Source of the DNA: Lytechinus pictus
Lineage: Eukaryota
DNA: 64,000 nucleotides
Reading direction: 5' to 3'
Assembly (NCBI RefSeq): GCF_037042905.1
Contig: NC_087249.1
Location: 9,240,001 to 9,304,000, forward strand
Within the stretch, counting starts at the first letter, position 1; each line of letters starts with the position of its first letter. Made by a program: the position numbers and the translations under genes. A model generated the notes under the pieces. The model made no database searches, was not told where the DNA came from, and was given only the letters and a program-made list of their open reading frames with translations. This document shows, piece by piece, positions 24,285 to 35,530 of this stretch.

Positions 24285-24806
24285 AGGTCAAGTCCACTCC
24301 AGAAAAATGTTGATTTGAATAAATAGAGAAAAGTCAAACTAGCACAACACTGAAAATTTCATCAAAATCGGATGTGAAATAAGAAAGTTATGACATTTTA
24401 AAGTTTCGATTATTTTTCACAAAACAGTGATATGCACAACTGAGTGACATGCAAATGAGATAGTTGATGATGTCCCTCACTCACTATTTCTTTTGTTTTT
24501 TATTGTTTGAATTATACAATATTTCATTTTTTACAAATTTGACAATAAGGACCAACTTGACGATTCCATAAAGTATTAAACAATGCTAATTCCACATGTT
24601 CAGGGATGTTCATATTTCATATAATAAAATACAAAAGAAATAGTGAGTGGATGTCATCAGTCTCCTCATTTGCATACAGACCAGGATGTGCATATAAAAA
24701 CTGAAAGTGAAATTAAGCGAAACTTTAAAATGTCAACTTTCTTATTTTACATCCGATTACATCTCTTTTTATTCCAATCAACTTTTTGTTGGGGTGGACT
24801 TGTCCT
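24285..24806. mobile_element. TTAA-targeting MITE (Kolobok-like)
   Basis: ttaa|aggtcaagtccac ... gtggacttgtcct|ttaa. Confidence 0.88.
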
Positions 24807-26344
24807 TTAATTATTATTATAAACTTATCTAAAGGAAAATATTACATGTAAGTAATCTTTGATAGTGATAATGCAAACTTCTACTGTTAAGAAGATATTT
24901 ACTAGCACTTGAATTACAGGAATGACTGAGACATTTCTTTGTCAGAGGTCTAATACAGGTCTACCTCATTACTCTCTTCATTCAGTACAATGGTTATGCT
25001 TTGGTGAATTTTTATGATATATTTTTGTTCTGAGAATATCTTTACATATACATCAGTAAAAGTGAAAGGTACTTTAATTACTTTGTTACAATGATGATGA
25101 GCTATTTGATTTTATACTAGTTTTATATGTAGTCATGTACATTGTTCTACCTTCAACTCAGAATGCACAACTGACTGACTGAGTCTGTTTCCATCAAATG
25201 TTGTCACATTTTATATTGTAAACCTTTTTTTTATTGTGCATAGTATCTATGATTATTTGCATATTTCTAATTGAATAAAAATGTGCAAGAATACAATTAT
25301 CACATCCATTTTCATGTACCAGATACAGTCAACCCAACACTAGTCAGTAGATTTTCTGTATTTTATAATGTATGGGACTGTGGGTGATAATGCCCTTTAA
25401 AACAGATGGTCTCTCAATTGGAAGTGGGGCCAGGATGAGAGCTCAATGCTGATTGGTCGGCTGGGAGAGTGATAATAATATGTCTGACTGTAATTTACTT
25501 GATTAGCTTCGTTTGCCCTTCGCTTGATTACACTGCCTTCATCTCTCCCTGGCGTGAACCATACCCATTCTCCCTTTTTCCTTTTTTCTCTCCCGTCTCT
25601 CTCTTCTCTCTCTCTTTCTTTCTTCTATCCTCCATCCACTCACCTTTTTTCCATTTCTTTTTGCCGATCCCCCTTCCATATAAACACGCACATACCCTCA
25701 TACATACACACACACACACACCCCTTCTGTCTCACATGTTGTTATCACTCTCTCCTATGTACAACCGTTCTCTTGGTCTCTCTCACTGTCTCTATCCCTC
25801 TCCCTTTCTCTCTTCATCATGTTCAGTCTGTATCTATAATACATGTCTCTCAATTTTTTTCAAGTTGATTTAGTATGCTGCATGTTAAAAGCCTTTTCGT
25901 TTCAATTCAAAGTGTACATCTTTCTTTAAAGATGACATGGATTGAATAAATGTAGTGCTCTTTCTCTTTTCAGGTTTTTCTTCATTTTCCTAAATTTTCA
26001 TTCTTCAATTATCACTGAATTCATTCTAATTTTGATGTCTTGAAAATGTATACATCAAAAAGATATAATTCTCTCTTCTCTGCCGCTCAGTCTTTTGTCA
26101 AACACACATCTTCTTTGTCTCTTTGTCTTCTTCATCTCTCATTGCCTTTGTCCTGATCAGTCCAAACTTTCTCCTCATGATGACTACTCTCAGTCATTTC
26201 CCACCTCTCCCTTTCTCCACTTTTCTTTCCTCTCTCTACCCCATCTCTGCTCTGTATTTTTCCCTCGCTTCTGCATTCCTCTCTCCTTCCCCCTTCTCTT
26301 TTTCTCCCCCCCTCTCTTTTTCTCCCCCCCCCCCCCCTCTGCTA

Positions 26345-26703
26345 CGGTAAATTGCCAATTCGTCTACTGCCAACTCGTCCACTCTCCACATGGTCTACTT
26401 TCATTTAGTCTAATGCCATTCCGTCCAGTAACCTTTCGGTCCAATCATCACTTCGTCTAATCCCCATTTCGTTTCATAACCAGTTGGTCTAATAAATAAT
26501 ATCCATTTCAATTTAATTCATTTTGCATAATTAACACTTTGTCCAATTAGACCAAATGGAATATGGACCAAAATGCTATTGGACCAACTGGTTATTAGAC
26601 GAAATGGTGAGTGAACAAATTGGCAATATAGACCATGTGGATAGTGGACATTAGACGAGTTGGCTATTGGAGGAATTGGCATTAGACGAATTGGAAATAA
26701 CCC
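26345..26703. mobile_element. TA-flanked TIR element with subterminal short repeats
   Basis: ta|cggtaaattgccaattcgtcta ... tagacgaattggaaataaccc|ta; many tcgtcta/tagacga motifs. Confidence 0.65.
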
Positions 26704-27520
26704 TACCCCATTTCTCTTCTCTCCCTCTCCCATTCTCTCCCCTCTCCACCTGTATCTCCATCTCTTTCTCTCTCTCTCTCTCTATCCTCCTCTTCATCTC
26801 TACCATCCCCTTTCTGTACCCCTCCATCCAATTTCCATTCCCTTGGGTGCGTGATGAGATGGAGGCGTAGTAATAGAAAACTTCCGTTGCTCAGTGATGC
26901 GGGAAGACGAGGAGGATGAGTAGAGAAGCGGAGCGACACGAAGCGATCGTTCTTTCCCTCGCACTCCCTGCCCAAATGTAATTTCAGACTTAAAGGTCAC
27001 GTCCCGACGTTCCCGTTATAAATCTGTATTTACCCAATCCGTCTTCTTTTTCTCACCAAAATTATGATTCATCGTGTTTTTGCTCCATCGCTGTGCGTTA
27101 TTCATTCATGATTTTCAGGGCCGTAATAAAGTGCTACATGTTTAACTTATTTCATGAATTGCTCTCACTCGCTTTCAGTTATCATGGATATTTGAGTGCC
27201 TATACATTTATGAAGACATCAGTGAATGAAATTCCTTCCAATGTTTTTCATGTAAAATATATATATTTGTGTAATGTACAGGGTTTTTTTATTTTAAAGA
27301 TGTGTGAAATTATTCATGATTTAGCTTTCACATTTAACACAAACACACACACAAAGGATTTGGTGATATGGGGGGGGGGGATATAAAAAAAAATGTATTT
27401 CCCACTTTCTGATTCCTCATTAGTCATTACTCACAGGTAATATTGCTTTCTTTTTCATATTATAGTCAGTTTTCATTTAGAAAATATCAAATACATAACT
27501 TATAAATTTATTTTTATTAA

Positions 27521-28123
27521 AGGTCAAGTCCACCTCAGAAAAATGTTGATTTGAATCAATAGAGAAAAATCAGACAAGCACAATGCTGAAAATTTCATCA
27601 AAATCGGATGTAAAATAAGAAAGTTATGACATTTCAAAATTTCGCTTATTTTTAACAAAATAGTTATGTGAACGAGCCAGTTACATCCAAATGAGAGAGT
27701 CGATGATGTCATTCACTCACTATTTCTTTTGTTTTTTATTGTTTGAATTCTACAATATATCAATTTTTACGAATTTGATGATTAGGACCTCCTTGCCTGA
27801 AGCACAAAATGTTAAAATAATGGAATTCCACGTGTTCAGGGAGGAATGAAACTTCATTTCCCATGACAATGACGAGAAAATCAAAATATTTCATATTTCA
27901 TATAATAAAATACAAAAGAAATAGTGAGTGAGTGATGTCATCAGTTCCCTCATTTGCATACAAACCGAGATGTGCATATAACTGTTTTGTGAAATGAAGC
28001 GAAACTTTAAACTATCATAACTTTCTTATTTTACATCCGATTTTGATGAAATTTTCAGTGTTATGCTTGTTGAATTTTTCTCTATTTATTCAAATCAAGT
28101 TTTTGTTGGGGTGGACTTGTCCT
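27521..28123. mobile_element. TTAA-targeting MITE (Kolobok-like)
   Basis: ttaa|aggtcaagtccacc ... ggtggacttgtcct|ttaa. Confidence 0.88.
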
Positions 28124-28291
28124 TTAAAGAGAGTGGATAGTTATCTTTAATCCCATCAATTCCACTCCTTAATTATCCAGCTTCTGCACTCAAGGTGTCT
28201 AAATTATAATTACCCCAATAACAAGCTGAATGAATAATTTATGACAGAAAGCTATCACCCAAGGCCAATAAATGATATCACCTGGTCAGAG

Positions 28292-28314
28292 CAAGGAGAT
28301 ATCACCTCTCCTTG
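28292..28314. mobile_element. Identical 23-bp hairpin insert with 7-bp TSD (GTCAGAG)
   Basis: gtcagag|CAAGGAGATATCACCTCTCCTTG|gtcagag. Confidence 0.7.
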
Positions 28315-29057
28315 GTCAGAGCTAGATAGGCACTAATTCCTCACAGTACACAGTGATAATGACTTTATAATTCTAAACCAGAGCTTTCCAACCCACCTCA
28401 CCTCAAGGCCCAATACGGCTTTCAAAAATCTCTTGATGGCGCTTCCATTTCTATTTCGAGCCCACCATAAAAAATCTCCTTTTTTCAATAATTAATCATT
28501 AAGAATATAACAACTTAACACAATATTACACAAACAAATATCTAATTATAAAAAAAATACCCCAAACAAAATTTTATGGTAACTACATGAAACCACGTAA
28601 TATAATAAACTATACCTGCCCTTGTCTATACCAACATTCTAATTTTTGACTCGCTCTTCTAAAACTGCTGATTTTTTCAACGATGGGATGTGGGGGTGCC
28701 CTTGGCTGAAAATTATGTGATTTGAACAGAAAGGGTGAAATCCTACAAAATGGGAATTTTTATCAAATTTGGAAAAGGAAAAACAAAGTTTTGCATTTCA
28801 TTTGGGGGGGTTGAAACAGTTCTATGCATGACCTCTTGAATGTGCATTGAGTAAGCTAATATCATCTTTCCACTTATTTTGTATTTTTTTATATGACTTT
28901 GGGTGTTTTTTATTTTTATTTGGACTGATTGACTACTGATTTACTAGTAATCATTGCTGAAACTTACTTTGTTATAAGGTAGGCATGTTTTACACACACA
29001 CACACATAATGTATATGAAAGTATGAACCGACTATGTTTAATAATGTATTTAATTAA

Positions 29058-30290
29058 AGGGATGGTCCAGGCTGTAGATATTTGTATCTCAATAAATAGA
29101 GTAGGGGAGATCGGGGTTTGTTGGAGCATTTTTGACAAAAATGGCTGTAAAATCCAAATAGATTTTATTAGAGAAACAATCAATATATCAGCTTGAAGCA
29201 TATATCTAAGGGCTTGAAATATACCCCATAAAATTGTTAACTCTATGATAGTTACTGAAAAAATCCACCTTGAACAAGACCATTATGGGGTAAGTTGGAA
29301 CATGGTATGGGGTAAGTTGGAACACTGCATGGTCAATTAAGAATTATACTAAAACTACTTAAAACTGTAATATTACATGGTTTTAGCCTATTTGCTTTAT
29401 TTTTTTCAAGTTCAAAATATTTAAAGTGTGGATTTGTTGAACTTTATGTTTTCTATTATACAGCCACTCACGCAAGCACACTGTGTAGTAGAATTCCGCA
29501 TATTTGTGTGCGTTTGATTTTACATGCAATTATCAGCAATTTCATGTACTTCTGCATCAAATTTACAAGACAAAAATTAATTGTTTATAATTTTGTATTT
29601 TTTTTTTTTTTTGGCCTTTAACTCTATTTATTAAGCTAGTAGAATACTAATTTTTGGTGAGAGTATCAATTTTCACATTTATATCAAATATCCACCAAAA
29701 ATTGCAAAAAAATATTATTTCTTATGTATTTTTTGCTTTTTTTATTTGTATTTCTTAGTTTTTTCGAACCCTTGTTTTTTATTGTTTTTTCCAATGTACT
29801 TTGTTGGAGACTCTTTTGCGATCATAAATAAAATAGCATAAAATAAATCCATTTGAACCAACAAAAGTAAAAAATAATCATACATTTATGATTTTTGGTT
29901 GAAAAACACAATTTTCATTGACCTTGTACATGGAATCACGTTTTTGAGCAATTTTGGGTCCGACATGCACGTACAAAATGTTGCGTAATTCCGAAACCGT
30001 GCACCCAGGCAAATGATGCGCAAGACTTCCAACTAACCCCGGTCACCCCTAAAATTCACAAAGAAAAATGATGAAAATTTGATCAAAATCGGATAACAAA
30101 TAACGAAGTTATTGAATTTTAAAGATTTGCATTATTCCGGTGAAACAGTTCTAGGCATGTCTTTATGAATATTCATTAGGTGGGTTGATGATGTCATATC
30201 CCCACTATTATATGAAACTGGGTTTATTCCAATTTTTTTCTACCAAGAACTAAAACAATTGGATTGACAACTGATTCAGTGCATTAATTA
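29058..30290. mobile_element. Truncated TTAA MITE (12354 family) interrupted by a TA-TSD element
   Basis: ttaa|agggatggtccaggctg start; host sequence aaatagagta|aaattcaca is split at 29103/30050. Confidence 0.75.
29104..30049. mobile_element. Non-autonomous TIR element with TA TSD (Tc1/mariner-pogo-like)
   Basis: ta|ggggagatcggggtttgttgga ... tccaactaaccccggtcacccc|ta. Confidence 0.7.
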
Positions 30291-32022
30291 CATAAATATT
30301 AGTGTATTATGAGTTTATCTGTCTTTTTATGGAAATGAAATCAAATACCCCCGGTAAATGGAAACCGGCCAAAGAGCTAACCATGTGTGATAAACAAGTT
30401 ACTTGTATCATGGATGCATTAGACATGATTCCTATGAATGTTCCATTTACAAAGATTAATGAGAATAATGAGAATAGCTTTCCACATCATACCATCTGCA
30501 GTGCATGCTGTCACAGGAGAGACTGTTTCATTTAAAATGCACGCCAAGGCTACAAAGTGCCATATTTTCATCCCGTACCTTGCCAAAACTGGATGTCGCA
30601 TTTCCTGTTGAATAATAGATGCGTTTCCGAACTTTGTGGTCCGTCGCTTCACATACATGGACAATGGCATACCGCCACAAACACCTTTAGAAACGTAGTC
30701 ATTAAACAAGCCAGCTTTGGTCGATGTAAACACTACACTCCATTTTTATTGACCTGTCCTGTACTTTTTTTTTCTCTCTCTCTCTTTCTCTCTATCTCCA
30801 CTCTTCCATTCAGACTCTTCCGGTTTGGGGTGGTAAGGTGATGAGAGATGCGGTTATCGAGGTGCCGGGATGCGGAAATTTTCAATTTACTTCAGGACGA
30901 CTGCTTTGAATACATTCTGGAGCCATGATTACCTTGATGTTGAAGTTGGGGTCAGAAGTCCAGGATCAGTGTTTCCAATGTCATTGTAAGGTCATTTGTT
31001 ATCATATGCTAATTATGAAATTATCTTAAAGATAAATGCCAGTTGTGTTAAATAACGATCTCATAATGAGTTCAAACAAAATCCAATAAAATGCTCACCC
31101 ATTTGTTTGTATGTATAAAAAAAAAATATGCAAATGGCTGTGGAAGAAATTATGTGATTCTTGAGAAAATAGCAAATTGAGCACTGAATTCCATCAAATG
31201 TCATGTAGTTTTCCAAGCAATATTAATTCACGGTCCTACAAATGCTTTTCTGTGTTAGTGATAATCAGAATTGGAAAGACTTTCTCATGAAATAATTGTT
31301 TGCTCCAACTAGATTCTGTTTTACAGATTATTGTCCTCCATGGAGCTCATATCTATGAACTCTTCCATCTGTATGGTCTTACTTTTATTTTAACCTTGAA
31401 GAGTTGTTTGATACATGTATATTTTTAACATTTTAATCACCTTTTTTCCAATGAGATATCAGTATTCAGTAATCTTATATTTTAACTACATGTAATGCAG
31501 TGCAGTGCAACTCTATCATTATCATAATAATTATTATTATTATAAGTGATTTTATTTATTGTGTGAGAACTTATTCTGTCTGTTATTAATCATATTTTCT
31601 ATAATATCATCCCACCTCGAAGGGGAAATCAAAATAAAGGCGGTTCGGATAAAAGCTGTAGAATTGGAGAAACCTATAAATCAATTTAATAAGAGGTTTT
31701 TGTTTTTTTTCATTCTTTTGAAATATTTTGAACTGCTCCCATATACTGAATGATTTATAATGCATCATTTTCATAGAAGAGCGAAGATGTGTGTGTTGAA
31801 AATAATAATAATGTGACTTATAAAGCGCCAAATCCACTCTGTAGAGTGCTCAAGGCGCATAAAGAACTAAGAGTTAAATAAAAAAAAGTTTTTAGAAGAT
31901 TTTTGAAAGTTTCGACAGAGGTACATTTTTTTATGTCTTCAGGAAGGCTATTCCACAAAGTGGGGCATGCAAAAGCAATCGATCTATATATATAATATAT
32001 TTTTTTCTCAGGGAAAAATCAG

Positions 32023-32790
32023 GGGCGGTATTCTGAGGTCATTTTATCTTTAAAATATTTTATTTTATCTCTTAAAATGAAATTGGTATTCTGAGATGAC
32101 ATTTTATCTCTCAGATTAAATTTACAATTTTATCTTGCGTATAAATTTTATCTTGCGTATCTATGATGATACGCAACAGAGCAGTGGCTGCGTAGACATA
32201 CCCATCGCGTATCTGGCCATTGCAACGCGGGTGATGTGCTTGCGCCCAAGTTTCTTTGAAGAAAAAATAAAATAAACTTAAAAGAGGGTAGGGGCTATTT
32301 TTTCTCCGCGACGTTGATTTCGTCAATATTTTTAAGTGAATTAACTCCAAATGTTGGCATGAAAATTAAGAAAAATGATATATTCATTGAGAACAACACC
32401 TTAAAGTTATTCCTGTACAATCAGGAAGCATTTCATAAGACTTTTCTTGACTAATATTGTCTTTGAAATGATGCTTGAAAAGATGCGATATAGACTTCGA
32501 AAAAAAGATGAGAGTATTGCCATTTTTGTTAAAAAGAAATCTCTGTAAAGACGCGCAAGCGTATAGTGCAAGCGTATTGAAGTCAATAAATTGACGCAAT
32601 CTCACCTCTTCGCCACACCTCCTAGCGGAATGGATTTCCATTGGTTGAGTGATATGAGAGAGCTATAAAAGCGTGTTTCTTATTGGATATTGATTTAAAA
32701 ATAGGTGTGTCTTACAGAGATAAAATGAAGATAAAATTGTTCTCAGAATACCAATTCGGAGAGATTTTAAGGGTATTTTATCTCACTGAT
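32023..32790. mobile_element. MITE with CAG TSD
   Basis: cag|gggcggtattctgaggtcattttatct ... agataaaatggatctcagaataccaccc|cag. Confidence 0.8.
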
Positions 32791-33039
32791 TTTAACGGAG
32801 ATAAAATATTTTATTTTATCTGAGATAAAATGGATCTCAGAATACCACCCCAGGCCTATGAAAGAAATCACCTTGCATGTGATAGGCATCAAAGAAATAT
32901 TACCAACAAAATCATTGATTTTTAAAATCCTTTTTTTGTTGTTATTCAATCATTATTATTATTATTATTTTGTTTGGCGTCACCTGTGCCTGGGACGCGA
33001 AAAGCAAACTGAATCACTATATGACCCGCAGGTCTCTCC

Positions 33040-33186
33040 TCCTGATATAACTGATTGGGGGGAGTGCAGGTGGACCACTACACCGGGGTTTCCCCCTACT
33101 CTTATACAAATAGTGCAGTGGGTTCTTAACATGCAAAGGTGGTGACTCCTCTACACGGGGCCTCCATTTAACGCCCTATCCGAGGG
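33040..33186 (-). mobile_element. SINE core fragment related to 8041-8422
   Basis: acaccgggg..ccctactctt..aatagtg..gggttcttaacatgca shared with 8124-8180. Confidence 0.6.
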
Positions 33187-33266
33187 ATATTCTTTTCATA
33201 TTCATATTCATTAAAAGAATTTTCCTCTTACATTTTCTGTTTTTATCAAAAAATATTTAAACTTAG

Positions 33267-33823
33267 TGTAGGGATCGATTTTGAACTGTTATTTCTTTCC
33301 ACTCTTATTCATGAATCATCCCCTTTTTTCTAATAGAACATCCCTCATTTATATTCACCCTTTTCATCCTAACTTTCTATTCTTTATGTACAACTCTCTA
33401 TACACTATCTGCTGTACACTCCTCACACAAGGTTCTTTTGTATTAAATCACTCCACCATTCTTCATACAGCTTTCTTCACTCCTCTCTCCCTCTCCTTCC
33501 ACCTCTCTCCTTCTGATTGGTTATAATGTTAAGTTGATGCACTCAAGCTTAGATAATAATTTGCATATTGTTTGAATAGTCAATATATATCTTTTGTTGT
33601 GTATTTGAATATTCAGTTATACTTTGTTCTATTGATTTACGTTTATATGAATATTGATATGCCTTCACTAATTTGAATGGAATGTTGCTTAGAATGCAAC
33701 AAGGCTTTAATATATTAAAAACTGGGAGTTGGCCAGTAAGTTATCAACCTGACAACATGTCTGCTGGGCTGCCTCTGTGTTTAGAGAACTAGAAATGAGA
33801 TATTGACAGAACCCCGTACTACA
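33267..33823 (+). repeat. 5' LTR (557 bp)
   Basis: tgtagggatcg...cccgtactaca; direct repeat of 41985-42541. Confidence 0.97.
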
Positions 33824-33824
33824 C

Positions 33825-33838
33825 TGGTGCCAGCGGTG
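33825..33838 (+). promoter_or_regulatory. Primer-binding site, tRNA-Leu-like
   Basis: TGGTGCCAGCGGTG one base after the LTR; 13/14 match to TGGTGGCAGCGGTG, the complement of the eukaryotic tRNA-Leu(AAG/TAG) 3' end as recalled. Confidence 0.75.
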
Positions 33839-33911
33839 TTTTCTAGTGCTCTTCTACCCCAGAACTTCAGGCAGTTTTACCCACCAGCAGCTGATAGTTG
33901 AATTTTTTCAC

Positions 33912-33972
33912 CCTACTTCGAGTGATTTACATCCTCCTTCGAGTGATTTACATCCTACTTCGAGTGATTTAC
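33912..33972 (+). repeat. Three 21-bp tandem repeats in the retroelement leader
   Basis: cctacttcgagtgatttacat / cctccttcgagtgatttacat / cctacttcgagtgatttac. Confidence 0.85.
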
Positions 33973-34446
33973 TGCACCCTTCTTCTGTTCTCTGTGGATA
34001 CATTATCAGTACACCCTTCTTCTGTGGATACAGCTTCCATAAAGCACCTACTGATTGTATTTTCATCCTGCTTCATGAGAATTCTTCATTAATGTGAGTT
34101 CTATTTTCATGATCTGAAGTTAAATCTACAATCTTGCTACCTCCACTTACATTAATTTGTATCCATGTTTGCATTTGAAAACTGAATGTACTTTACATTC
34201 TATAGTGAGTTGGATGTGTACTCTCAAGTTTGTCAAGGCTTGTATCTAAAGACTGGCTTTTGAATATTGGTGAGTCACTTAGCTTTAACTCCTGTTCATA
34301 CATTCACCCTCCTTCATTTAGCAAGAGCTATTTCTGCTCTGATAGCTGAGTGTGATTATTATTGACTTGCAAGTTGAGAGTCAATCTATGGTAATTTGAC
34401 ATATATGTAGCTGTATTCTGTTATACACTGTTAACACCCTACCATC

Positions 34447-35496
34447 ATGTTTCGACTTGATCTCCCTGAAATCTTCACTGGAGAAGATGGCCGAAATTTC
34501 GGTCAATGGGCAAGGAGATTAGAAGTTGCTGCCGAAGTCCTCCCACAGGCAGAGAGGAAGCTTCACCTTCTTCTGCCATCGAGACTTGCTGGCGCCGCAT
34601 TTACGGTATGGGAGAGCATAACAGCCTCTGACCAACAGGACTATAGCATAGTAAAGAAGAAGTTGATGACGGTGTTTGGGAATACAAATTACCTGAATTC
34701 CTTCAAATCTTGCATTGATGCAAGGAAAAGACATAGAAACGAGGCCCTAGAAGTATTTGCAGCAGCAATAGCCACTCTCGTCGAAGAGGCCTTTCCAGAC
34801 TATGATGCTGCAGGAAAGGACGGCGAGAAATTTCGCAGATTTCTTGCGGGTATTGACAAATCTCTTCAGATAAAGATATACGAGATGGGTGCGAATACTT
34901 TTGCGGAAGCATTAGACATTGCCGTGCGAGTCGAAAGAGCCAATCAAGTTGGGCAACCGCTAGATGAGACGGTAGCTTCGATTTCGCCGAAAAGAAGTGA
35001 TCCCAACTCGGCATTATTGGAGAAAGTGATGAAACGATTAGACAATCTCGAACTGAAATTCGAAGGATACAAATCTGAACCCAAACATCGATACTACGAT
35101 GGGCATCAGAAGCAGTCTAGATCACCAAGCCCTGTACGCAACCGACATGAACATCAATCTAGATCGAGGTACCAAAATTCAGATGATCATTGGCATCGGT
35201 CGTCTGGACATCATCGATCACCCAGTCCATACTCTCCACACCATAGACGATTTAGGTCACCAAGCCCTCAACGCTTTCATCGCAGCCCTTCCCGATCAAG
35301 TCCACACAGATATAACACTTACGATGGCAGATCGGCCAGCCCTCAAGAACGCCAATACTCAAGTCGACGAAACTGGCTACCTACATTTTCTGATGATCGC
35401 CATCCCTCTGAAGTGAGAAATTCACCCTATCGTCAGATGAACAGTGCTCAGTCGAGGAAAGTTCACTTTGATCACAACCAGGGAAACTATTCATAG
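34447..35496 (+). CDS. gag: Gag (349 aa) with an Arg/Ser/Pro-rich C-terminus and no CCHC knuckle
   Basis: PEIFTGED..FGQWARRLE capsid-like N-terminus; position after the PBS and before pol. Confidence 0.92.
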   Translation: MFRLDLPEIFTGEDGRNFGQWARRLEVAAEVLPQAERKLHLLLPSRLAGAAFTVWESITASDQQDYSIVKKKLMTVFGNTNYLNSFKSCIDARKRHRNEALEVFAAAIATLVEEAFPDYDAAGKDGEKFRRFLAGIDKSLQIKIYEMGANTFAEALDIAVRVERANQVGQPLDETVASISPKRSDPNSALLEKVMKRLDNLELKFEGYKSEPKHRYYDGHQKQSRSPSPVRNRHEHQSRSRYQNSDDHWHRSSGHHRSPSPYSPHHRRFRSPSPQRFHRSPSRSSPHRYNTYDGRSASPQERQYSSRRNWLPTFSDDRHPSEVRNSPYRQMNSAQSRKVHFDHNQGNYS

Positions 35497-35530
35497 TTGA
35501 TGACAAGGGTCGACCATCAACTTCATCCCT
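35481..35530 (+). promoter_or_regulatory. -1 programmed ribosomal frameshift signal
   Basis: G GGA AAC heptamer in the gag frame, 7-nt spacer, 8-bp stem AGTTGATG/CATCAACT (35495-35522), possible loop AGGG pairing with CCCT at 35527-35530. Confidence 0.85.

Noticed and set aside
25469..26975. Phe/Leu/Ser-rich membrane-protein-like ORFs (also 63142-63546 and 4006-4257)
   Set aside because: Translations of CT/CA-rich simple sequence.
33281..33526. Duplicated 81-aa ORF (also 41999-42244)
   Set aside because: TTG-started chance ORF within the LTR; duplicated only because the LTRs are.
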